A DNA stretch of 64,000 nt from Lepidodermella squamata (Eukaryota; Animalia; Gastrotricha). A model generated the notes under the pieces. That model was not told where the DNA came from, made no database searches, and worked only from the letters and a program-made list of their open reading frames with translations. This document shows, piece by piece, positions 35,501 through 46,775 of this stretch (positions within the stretch are counted from its first letter, which is position 1; each line of letters starts with the position of its first letter). Both the position numbers and the translations under genes were made by a program. Location of the stretch: positions 1 through 64,000 of the forward strand of contig JBLDXI010000013.1 in the NCBI GenBank assembly GCA_047495785.1. The letters run 5' to 3'.

Positions 35501-36260
35501 TTGACCTTTCAAATTTCATCTAAACTTACCGGATTCAGAACCAATTGGTGAAATATTGACAGGAATAGTACTATCAAGTCAGCTGATGACGAATATCAAG
35601 TTGAATCAAGACGGCTGTCGATAATAAAGGTTCCGGAGCGAACTAAAATCATCTATTTCGAAATTGAGATTTTCACTTTTGGCATTTCAAAATAATTCAT
35701 ATTTTCTCGGATCTTCAGTCAACTGCAGATTAATCGCATGGAATTAGTATTATCGGGTCCGCTGATGGTGGAAATGTGGTCGAAAATCATTTACGGTGAA
35801 GGGAAAAGGTTCCAGATCGGTTCCAGATGACCTACTTTGAAATTTAAAATGTCACTTATGGAGGTTCAAATTCTTCAACAATTCCGTTGATCCTGAGTTA
35901 ACTGTTGATTAAACACAAAGAATAAGTAAAATGGGGTCCGCTGATTGCGGAAATCATGGTGAAATAAATTCAAACAGAAAATGACTCCCCTGGGTCATTC
36001 TTCTGATTGAATTGTATTCATTCTTTGAATACAAATTTTGTCTCAGTTCCTTTGAGCCATTTGTCGGGAATTTTTTATCGGATCTCAGTATTATCGCGGA
36101 GTGGTTAGGAACACATAATTTTTGTGATGAAGAATTATCACAAACATAAAAATGATGCTCATCTTGGATCCCTATGATGGAGTAATGGTAGGGCCCGGTT
36201 TGACTCTCGGTAAAACGAGAGGCCCCGGTTTGCAGCTCGTCTGTATTAAACTATTACCAA
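32552..36260 (+). mobile_element. Subtelomeric L unit 4 (5'-truncated, internally deleted)
   Basis: Same 5' and 3' junctions as L3. It lacks one monomer (~33660) and ~0.75 kb at ~35957. Confidence 0.6.
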
Positions 36261-36313
36261 TAACCCTAACCCTAACCCTAACCCTAACCCTAACCCTAAC
36301 CCTAACCCTAACC

Positions 36314-36354
<41 letters not shown>

Positions 36355-36363
36355 CCCTAACCC
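36261..36363 (+). repeat. Innermost telomeric tract
   Basis: (CCCTAA)~17, followed by unrelated sequence. Confidence 0.97.
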
Positions 36364-38233
36364 GCGAGCGAAAGCGTGCAAGTGAAGTTGTCCAATGCAT
36401 CTCAATGATGAAACATTTCTCCGCCTCAATTCTACCATGCACTTCCGAAACGTTGTCACATTTAGACATTATCTGTTATTCCTATCCTAACGTCGAGCCA
36501 TTTACCACCAAAGTGTTAAGAGTAATATCCTATCTAAGTCGTTCCCAGAGACCCTGAGTCCCAAGCCTTACGACACTGCTTAGGAAGACTGCTTAGGAAG
36601 ATTACTGATTTCGAAACGTAAAATCGATGCGCTTGGTCCTGGTTCGGACGAAATAATAGGTTCAAATGAGTTCAGTGTTCAGTGTCAGTTCAGGATCCCA
36701 GATACCAGGAAGAAGAATAATTGGGACCTGCCCATTACGTCGCACTGCGAAGCAAGTGCGCGTAAGACAATTTAGGGTTGCGCGGATCGATTCCTAGGGA
36801 AACGCTGCGGCAAGATTTTGCTTGTATCGCTACTATATGTTTCAATTTCAATTAATTTTGCAAAATATTTTGTTTTGAAAATATACATATATCACCTTGA
36901 CATGAAAATTCAAATTTGCCTGCCATGGTTTTGCCGCCGCCTCACAAATGCCACCTTTGCCGCGATTTGGCAAATGCGAATCATCCGGGGTCTAGGTATC
37001 CACATATCTTGTTTCTTGTTTCTACGTTTAGCTACTGGCTACTGACTGCCAGCTGTCCACTATTCCAGTGTAGTCCACTTTTGGACTTTTGAACTCTTTT
37101 GAGTTATGAGCATTTTTTTTATTCTTGGCTGACTCCGATACTAAATAATTTTTTTACTCCGGAACGAGTCAGAAGATCAGTCAAAACCGACTCTGGATCT
37201 GAATTTGACTCCAAAACGAACTGTCTTCGTCTTCATAATGCTTATATATCCTGGTCCAAAAAATCGAAGAAATATTGGTAGCTAAAGGCTATAAGCTAAA
37301 GCTCGCTTCGCTCGCAGGTGGCTATTATTTTTCGAGTTGCAAAGGCGAAAGGCGCTCGAATAACGAATTTTGTTAGAAATCCCGTGAAAAGTTGCAGCAA
37401 CCGGTGAATATAGATAGCAATTTTTGCGCTGGAATGGACATTTGAGTGGTGTTTACTCGTAATATTCACTCGTTTTTGGGCATTTTAATGGTTTTGACTC
37501 TTTGGCGCATTTATTTACTCCAGTTAGTGTCTTGCCAGTTCCCGACCGTTCGTGGACAACAGTGCACTATTCCATCTCCTGCCCGGAAAGAATAGAAAGA
37601 AGAAAGAGGAAACTATAGTTGACTTTTTACTTGCTGAAATCTGAAACGCTGTTCCAGATTTTCAGACATCTGACGGGAACAGGGTCATTTTATGTTCTTG
37701 GTTCTTGTGATTTTTTCATTCTGAATAAGTATTAGAAGTACCGGACGCTTTGCGCGACAACCAACTACCCACCAGTTCGGGTTTTTTCCAACTTTCCACA
37801 TTCCAAATCATATAGGTAACAATTGAAAACGATAATCCTTCTGTCCTTGTGACAGGCAGACACTGAGAGTCGAATATTTAGGTTATTGACCGGGTTAGCT
37901 CCCTGAATCAGAGATGAAGGTTACAGCTTCACAATGGTTCACCATTCGACGTTCGCAATGGTTAATGGTTATTTGTTGCATGCGATAGAGCTGCAGCCCC
38001 AGCCCCAACATGCGTGTTTATTATGGTAGTGATCACAAATAGTGTATGCACAGGCATGATATTAAGGCTTTTGATTTCTTAGTGATCTCAATATTTTGAA
38101 AGAATCATGTCAGGGATAACAGCTTCTGTAACTTCCTCGGCTATCCTGTCACCCAGGAACGGCAGTTATAACATACAGGTTCCTGGGTTATAATATGTTT
38201 AGCCATAACATGTACCTGAACTGCCGTTATTTA

Positions 38234-38874
38234 AAGGGAGAAATGCTTTCTGCCACCAAATTTGGGTTTCCTGCCACTAAATATGAAAATCCAAAAATCG
38301 CCATCAATTTGAGTTTTCTTGCCACTACAAATGTTGAACTGAGGATGTTGCTCGTTAGGAGGAGAAATACCGGTAACAAAGGTGTCAATAAATCCGACGT
38401 GACTTAACAATGAAAAAAACCACGTGACTCGGAAGCTGAAAAGAAGCCGATTTCGCCAAGCACGCCAATATGAGCTTAAAATGGATAAACTTAATTTAGA
38501 AGTACCGTTCGATGGCCAGGGCGATCGTGCTTCTTAATTCAACTTTTACAAATTATATAAAAAAAAATCCAAAAAATTTCTTATTGATTATTGTTTACTT
38601 TTGTTATTGGATATATTAATTCGTGATTTAAGGATGGAAACCCCAAATTGGTGGCATAAAATCATAATCTGATGGCAAGAAACACCATTCCATTCTTGAT
38701 TTGGAGGAGAAAGCCTCAAATAGGTGGCAAGAAACCTCAAATTGGTGGCAAGCCTTGTTTTGGTGGCCACGAGACCAATTTTGTGGCAAGAACGCTCATT
38801 TTGATGGCGATTTTTGGATTTTCATATTTGGTGGTAGAAAACCCTTATCTGGTGGCAAGAAGTACCACTCCCTT
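38234..38874. mobile_element. MITE-like non-autonomous DNA transposon remnant
   Basis: ~100-bp imperfect inverted repeats (38234-38332 vs 38780-38874; ends AAGGGAG/CTCCCTT), with internal GGTGGCAAG subrepeats. Confidence 0.6.
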
Positions 38875-39212
38875 ATTTAAATTAGTAGATTTGCAATGAA
38901 AATGGTGATGGGAAAGGAATCATCGTGGGATGCCATTGTATAATTCTGAGAAAGGCATAGAAAGAACGCAATTTCTTGGCATGTTGGCAGGTAATGCTAG
39001 AATATTTTGCGACTAGCCCGAATTGACTCTTCTCTAACACATAGAAACACTTTAAGATTTTACTAAACAAAGAAATACCCACCATTGTTTGAAGGAAAGA
39101 GATAATTAACAGGAAAAATCCCTATCATCCGAATCAATAAATATTCTATTTACTAATAGAACTATTAAATCGTTGTACGGCGCTCGCCGATTGGAAGGAA
39201 CCCGGAAAGAAG

Positions 39213-40849
39213 ATGGACGATTCAAGCTCGAACAGCGCCTCTTTCTCCTCGAAACCTTCCGACGATTCAGCGGAAGATAGTTCAGCTGAATCAGAAGATC
39301 TCACTGACCTTCAAATGGAGAGCGAAATGCCTATCGAAGAATTGATGCGCAAGTTTCGCAATCCCGCGGGGGAGACGTCGGCAGTAGTTATCAGCAGTGA
39401 AGTCGCTGCTGGCGAGGCTGGCGAGTTGACTCCTGAGGCTGAGAAGAGCACAACATGTGATGAGAATGATGATGATGATGATGATGATGATTCAGCAGCG
39501 GAAAGTAAAAAACGATCGTTGTTCAGCATTTTCATGAAGTCAGGTTTGTATATTGTTGCTACCACCTCTGTCACCACCTGCCATGACAATTGAGTGTTAT
39601 GCGTTTGCTTTAGCACAGAAAAATGACGGCGACGAAGCTGATGAAGCTGATGAAGAATGGGATCCTATTTTCGAATTGGATGATTTCTACAAACCTCGGG
39701 AACCTCGTATCGGTATTGAATAATTAATATAATTATTAACTATTAATTAATTGATATTTAGGTGCTGAATATCAAGCCGATTTTGATGAAAACTGTCTGA
39801 TGGCCAAGTTTGTAACATTTATTAATTATGTTGGTATATAATGATTTTTATATGCTGATTTTTTATTGGAAAGTGGCCAGTTGGAAGAAGAATTCGAAAG
39901 AATAGGCAGTTTAGTTTGGAATCCCACCTCTTTGACTGAAGAAGCGGTACGACAACCTTTAATATAGCTCTCTTGTTATTGATTGCTGTGCATTATTTCA
40001 GGTTCAAAAATATCTTCTTCATTTTTACGGCATCTATACGAAATATATTGTTGCCAACGAAGCTCGTCAATTGTCGATAAAGAGTAACAACGTGGAAGAA
40101 AGGTTGTTTCCGTTAATTGAATTTTTCAAAGAAGTACTCATCTTTTTCCTCAATAGCAATATTTCCATGCACAATAACGTTCCAGACCACGAAGCAGCGT
40201 TGTTTCATCTGTTAATATCAGGTAATTTACGTCCACGCTTCATTTGATCGGTCTAACCATATGACTTTATTAAATTTGGCCAGATTATGATGTTGACGAA
40301 GCTTTGCGATATTGGAATCTCAACCCGCCAGTTTACATTTCGGTAACTCCTGCCTCTCGAGACCCTTCGGTTCCGACAAAGCTCAATCCTATTTTTGATA
40401 TCTGGTCTGAAGACGAAGTTCGGCTTTTTGAATGGGGTAAAATTCTTGAATGTGCAAAATTAATGTCGCTTTGCTATGACCTCTTGGTATATCAGCCTTA
40501 CGGTTGTACGGCAAGCAATTCAATGTGATTCAAGACAAGACTTTGCCCGGACGGACGGTTGCTGAGCTAGTTGACTTCTATTACAATTGGAAACTTACCG
40601 ATCGTTATCGTTATTTACGACCATCGAAAAAGTCCCAGTACCTCGTGGAAGATGATGCTATTTACGGCAGCAACGGAGATGAGCTCGGGTATGTATCAAC
40701 TTTCCGACCACGATATTTAGGTTTCGCATAACTCTTAAAGAGCAGCAAGAATAACACACAAACACTCCCAGGCCAAGTTCCTTAACGAATTGATAGAGCG
40801 AATAGCTTATCTGTTACCTCGAACTCTCGATATTGAAGTTGATTCCTAA
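39213..40849 (+). CDS. MIER1: MIER-family ELM2-SANT transcriptional corepressor (multi-exon)
   Basis: Acidic N-terminus with DLQMESEMPIEELM; ELM2 (PRIGAEYQA...LVWNP...DHEAALFHLL...DVDEALR); SANT (WSEDEVRLFE...YGKQFNVIQ...RTVAELVDFYYNWK). Short GT-AG introns, e.g. 39544-39613, 39713-39761, 40689-40740. The last exon is inferred. Confidence 0.85.
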
Positions 40850-40889
40850 CACTGCTTCAAGATTAGTTTGTTCGAAATTCAGATTGAAT

Positions 40890-40980
40890 ATTGCTTATTA
40901 TTGCTTATATATTGCTTATATATTGCTTATTATTGCTTATTATTGCTAATAATAATTGCTATAATACTTATTGCTTATAA
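40890..40980 (+). repeat. Short AT-rich minisatellite (ATTGCTTAT...)
   Basis: About 7 imperfect copies. Confidence 0.7.
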
Positions 40981-43900
40981 CACATTGCTCACGTATCAGA
41001 AACCCGAATGTGCCAGTTAGACTTCGGGGACTCTGTAAGTCAACCTTGCTACTGCGATGCACCGATATTCACAATAGTAGGATGCGGATTTAGGAACTGC
41101 CAGAGATCGGGATGACTGGCAATAAGTTTTTGCATTGATAGCATTGAATGTAACACATTTCGGGCAAAATAAGGTTCTTCGCGACAGATCTGCCGGCTCA
41201 TGAAACCGATGGCCTGTCGTTAGCCGTCCCCTAAACTCTCAGGCATAAGGCCTTTTTTTATTGTAACAATGCATTTGGTCATTTATAAGCAAGCGAAAAC
41301 TTGCTTGGTTATTCCTGTGATGAACACTACTTTGTGGTCCATATCGCTTGTGTCATTGAATAATGCGGATTGTAGGCTGGTTTACGTCCGTCACAAGGTG
41401 CCGGTGACAAGTAAAAAGTCGATTTTTATGTGAATGTAGGGGAAAAAAATTACTTGTTACTTGTCACCAATCACCCTTAAACAAGCTCAAATCGAGTTAT
41501 TCAGCGATGCTTTCGATACCAATGATTGCGTCTATAAATAACTCGATTTAACAAAAGACATAAACCATAACCCTACATATTTATAACTCAACTTGCTAAT
41601 AACTTCCGTGTTTTATTTTTCAGGATGTCTTGATGCAATGGTCAAACTACTCCCCGGTGCTGAAAATTCCGTTGAACATTATCTTTGATTTCTATTCTCA
41701 CGCATCTTAATGATATTTCAAAAATAAAGCGGTTCGTTCGAAATGTGCGACGTGCAGTCTTTGTCTTGCCTTTATTAATTTGACAAATTTTGAGAAGCAG
41801 GCGAACAAGTCATCTTAAGGTATTTCACCATTATCGGGGAAGGAGATGTCCAGTTTTCCCTGCGCATATCGTTGAAAAACTCGGATTTAATCCGTTCACG
41901 GCCACCTGACGATGTCGGAATTCTGACTTTGCAAGTTCATAGCTGGGCCAATTTGTTGATTTTGTTTGTCTCGGTTCGTGGAATACTACGTTTTGTATGT
42001 TGCCTACAAGACTCTGAAACCCGAATTCCATTATTCCGTTGCTTCTTGGGATATCATCAATTTTAAAATTTCAAACCAAAGGGTGTTTCTATTTTGTCAA
42101 TCGAAGAAATCGATATCCCGGCCATTTTCTCTGCAAGATCTGACTTTACAGCCGTGTCCGGCAGGGTCCCGTTGACTACCTATTTCTTTGTGTTTACGAA
42201 CTAAGCGCCCAAGTCCCTACTGTAGCATATGGGTGTAAATTTTCCGACTAGCTGAAAATTCAGAAATTCGATTTGTTGGCTTGGCTGAAAAAAATCGACC
42301 GTGAAAGAGTTAAGATTTTCGTGTCAGTTTTAAGGTGAAAAGTAAAAAACGTTTCTTTGCTTTCTTTTCTCTTGCCAGCTTTGATATTTGAGTGTCCAAT
42401 GTAACCCCTTTTGACATGTCAAAGTCGCCCCACTGGCCAAAGTCACCCCAAATTACGGTACACCTTGCTGCGTACATCGATTTAATATGATGCAGATCAG
42501 AGAAACTGCTCCACGACAGTCACAAGAGAAAGATACGAAAGAAAGGAAAGAAGAAAGAAAGCTATGCTGAACGCAGAATAAACATTCACACCACAGCAAA
42601 GCAAATGTCCAGAGTCTAGCTCTCCTCAACAAACGGCGCTATATTTTCTAATAGTCTTCAACTCCTTCGTCAGTTGCTAGACACGCAGTTCTCACCAAAG
42701 ACACATTCGTGTGTTTTGACAGCACACACACACACACACACAGAAAGGTGTAAATTTACTGTTCGTCTCAAATTAAAGCTGGTCAAAAAATAAGTAGCCA
42801 AGATTTCACCACGACAGTTGCTATAGACATTAGTGATTGTCAAACTACAAAAGGAAGCGCTTAAATTCTGCTGAATTCTGAGAATGCATTTCAAACCCGC
42901 GTAGCATATCATCGGCGCGCGTGACAACCACTGAACGGCGCTGAAAAACTTTCGAGAGTAGACCAAGAGCCCTTGACAATTAGTGCGAGGGCGCGAGCGG
43001 TCAAAGCCGCGCGCCGGCGGGAGTCAAAAAGAATTTCTAATTGTAGCGAAAATTTGCAGTTGATATGCCACTCGACTTGTCCGCTGCAGGACTTCGCCGC
43101 GGGCTGCCCGCTCATGGGCACCTCGACTGGTGTTCCTCGGGGCCATCCGCACGCTGAACACAAGCGGTAATTAACAATCCAGGCGCACTCACTGCCTCAG
43201 CTGTAAACCAAAAGACAAATATTGACACCTTAATGAACATAGGACAACTGCCGTGATTGAGAGGCGTCGATGTCAAATCGCTGCCGAAAGCCAGGCATAA
43301 AGGAATTTACAGATTTGATTTCGCAGAATCGGAGAGCAAACTGCAGAGAGGCAACGCCGACTCAATATTCATATCAAAACTTCCAAACTTCGCCTTGCTT
43401 CCTAACCGCTCCTAAATTGTTTCAATAAGCTTGCAGATGAAGCTAGATTATTTGCGTTTCATCAGGTTAATAGGCAATTTATCGCGCCTAGTTGAGGAAT
43501 TGTTGAACTAATAAATTTGGCAATATTCCAAGCGCAAGTGCGCCCGCAAAAGGTGCGAGCTGTTTATGCGCACCGTGCAGCTCAGCTAATTTCCGCCTAC
43601 CAGTTACAAGATTGCACTCGCTCGCCCGGCGCGTAATAATTCGGTGTTACAGCGTCTTCAGTAATTGTGTCTCTCCCTTATTGCTTTTATTATTAGATCG
43701 GTGTCACCCTAGGGATTACTCATCGCTAGTCAATTTAACCACAAAACGAAGAAGAATCTGTCGCGCGCGCGCAAGTTATTACTGCATTATGAACCGAGCC
43801 GGTCTGTGAACTTGAATACCTGGCTCACTTCATTTTTATGGATAGCGTCGCCTAGCTCCAAAGCTCTAATGCTCACCATAAAGTTCTAAGATTTTTAAGG

Positions 43901-44718
43901 AAAAATGCTCAACTTCGTAGCTTCGTCGAGAATGGGTGCATGCATTTTCATATGTACAGGTGCTTCATTCTCTTGTTTTTCGCTCACTTATTAGAATGAA
44001 TTCACATTCTGGCAGCTAGGAAGGTGCTATGCCAGGTTCGGCGACGCGTCGCTCCGTCTTGAATCGACGACGTCGAGTGTGAGCCCGCTCCTTTAGATTG
44101 TATTTTTTCAGCTTGTTGTGAGTAATAACAGTATTAGTAACCAAATAAGCTAATCGCTCTCCGCGAGCATCGCATTGTTGTTATATCAACGCTACGGCTG
44201 CCACCGGGCGCGAGGCGATGGTGTTAAATGATTGCGTAACGCAATCTATTATTCATCTACAGCAGCCATAGCAAGAACGCAGCGTCGGACGTGCGAACGT
44301 GGCCTTGCTCTGAACGCTGGTGTGCGCGCGCTGCGCCGACCAATCACGATAGAGCTGCCTCGTGCGCCTCAGCCAATGGCAATCTAGCTACTCGCAGCGC
44401 CTCACTCCAAGAAATATTTTGATATTTATTATTATTGTTATTATTATCTTTGGCCCTGAGTTGCGCAAAAATTGGGTTACCCCGATGCCGATGCACCTGC
44501 GATTGCGATGACACATCTTGTCCCACAAGTGACAATTTTTTGTTCTCGAAATAGATAGGACTCTTTCCCGTCTATCTGGTAACATTCATGCTCATGCTCG
44601 CGTTTTTTCAACTAGAAATAACATTTGCTGAGAAAATAATCACAGGTCGATGCTAGAACTTCATTATCCTTATCCACTTTGAAATGTAGAAGTTTAAAAC
44701 GGAATTATCTAGCTTCGA

Positions 44719-46775
44719 ATGTGTTCTACGGCGATGATGAGCCAATTCTTAGTTGGGTCGTCGCCGGCTACTGCGCCGACAGGCGTATACGGATCTTCAA
44801 GCGCCGCTCGTCCTGCGAACAGCATTCGATCGGGAATGGTCTTCGATCCGGCGCAAATAAACTCAGCTAGTGCGAACCTTGCCGCAGCGGCAGGGCTCTT
44901 CGCTGGTGGCACAGACCAATCTTATTTCAACATCAATCGCGCTCAAGGCGGTTACGATGCAGGTTCAGGCGCGGGAATCGACTCGAACGCACAACTGCAA
45001 GCGCAAGCGGGCGTCGCTGTGCAGCAACATCAGGCCTTATCAGCATCGACGTACGGCCAGCACGTTTCCAATGCTGCGACGTCGCTATATCACAACGCCA
45101 GTAACATGTTGAGCCAACATTCGGCCGCGGCTGCAGCCCTGCTCGCCAAACCATCCAACGTTGCTTCGTACAACGCGGCGACGGCTGCAAGTCTCGCGGC
45201 TGCGGCTTCGATGGCCGCAGGAGTGGCCAGTAGCTTTTCTTCGTCTAAAGACGTGCACGTTAAGCCGCCTTACAGCTATATAGCGCTCATCGCGATGGCG
45301 ATTCAGAGCCAGCCGGATAAGAAAATCACGCTCAATGGCATTTACCAGTTCATAATGGACAAATTTCCTTATTACCGAGAGAACAAGCAAGGCTGGCAGA
45401 ACTCTATACGTCACAATCTTAGTCTCAATGACTGTTTCGTCAAAGTGGCTCGCGACGATAAAAAACCGGGTAAAGGCGCTTATTGGACGCTCGACCCCGA
45501 AAGTTATCACATGTTCGACAACGGTTCGTTCTTGCGGCGACGAAAGCGCTTCAAAAAGCGCGAACGCGCTGCGCAACTAGCGGCGCAGTTGAAACTGGCA
45601 GGCGCCAAGGCCGGCAAAGCGCCTCTCAGTCGTTCGACGGGCAGCGACGACGATCCGCAAGCCGGCCGCAGCGCCGCTGACGACGATTGCAGCAGCTCAG
45701 GCGACGCGGGCGGGGCATCCTCGACGTCCGGATGTGGCGCAGATCAACTAACGGAACATACAGGGTACGTGGCTTCGTCAACACCGCCGGCATTCCTTCG
45801 CCGCTTCCAACACCAAGCCGCGCCGTTGTCATTCATGTTTGGCGATTGTGGCGCACGGGTACCCTCAAAGCTCGAGTTGCTCTGTCAATCGCTCAACTAT
45901 CACTCGGGTGGACACGGCGCCGCTCATGCTTATGCGCCGGGTTACCACTCTGCCAACTCAGCCATAACGGCATTCGCTGCCGCCACTGGAACGACTCCTT
46001 TCGGCGCTTTCCCTAACGCCTACGGCTCGGGGGCAGGGGGATTCGCTGATTTTTCATCCGGACAAGGCGCTTCGGCAGCGACAGCAGCGAACTCGTTGTT
46101 AAGGTATGTTCAATGCATCCTATTTTAATTTCAAAATTTTAATATCCTCTGTTACAAAATATCCATAGCCCGGCAGTCCGCTCTTTCTCCGAGTATTTTT
46201 CGGCTGCTGCGATTCAAGCGGTATGCGCGGCTGCGACAGACCAGGACGCAGCAAATTCTTTCGGCAATAACGCCGCAAACCAGCATCTTTTTACGAACAG
46301 CGGTTCTATTTGTGGCAACAACCTGGCGCCGGCATCCACGCCCAGCAACATGACCGGCAAACCACCGAATCAGTCCGCCAGCTATGCTTCGGCACTCGCA
46401 TCTTACCACTCGCAACAGCAGCAGCAACAACATTCTCGTTATCAGCAGCAGCAACAACAGTACCAGCAACAGTGTGCTCAATCATACTTCAACGCCGGCC
46501 AACAGCAAATGCTTAGCGACAGTGACCGACGCAACAGCCGGGCGGCGCCACCGAATAATCAGCGCCCTGCAACCAACTCGCCGTCATCGAGCGCCGATGC
46601 CAATGCTGCCGTGACCGGCAACCGATCGCGCAACGGAGCCGCATCGACAGGGTCCACGGCGTCGCCCAACGACAGTGGAATCGCATCCCTTGCTTCAACA
46701 GACCATCAAGCGCCACAATCGCAGCAAGTACAGTCGTCGTTTTTCTTGCCCACGCCCAATACTATCGGCTTATGA
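44719..46775 (+). CDS. FoxC: Forkhead box C transcription factor (exons 44719-46103, 46169-46775)
   Basis: Forkhead domain [73 protein letters not shown]...[16 protein letters not shown] is of FoxC/crocodile type. A 65-nt intron links it in frame to the 46350-46775 ORF. The start codon is uncertain. Confidence 0.92.

Noticed and set aside
16660-35957. Regularly spaced AGGTTCCAG repeats as a CRISPR-like array or a 60-aa repeat protein
   Set aside because: The intervening sequences are homologous monomers, not unique spacers. Lengths are not multiples of 3, stops are frequent, and the context is eukaryotic.
36364-37320. Possible Helitron-like remnant (GCTCGCTTCGCTCGC, ...CTAG)
   Set aside because: Only short motifs are present, with no definable termini or second copy.
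41624-41633. Alternative last exon for the MIER gene
   Set aside because: It has a good acceptor but adds only 2-3 codons. The nearer acceptor at 40740 gives a typical 52-nt intron and a longer open exon. It cannot be excluded without RNA data.
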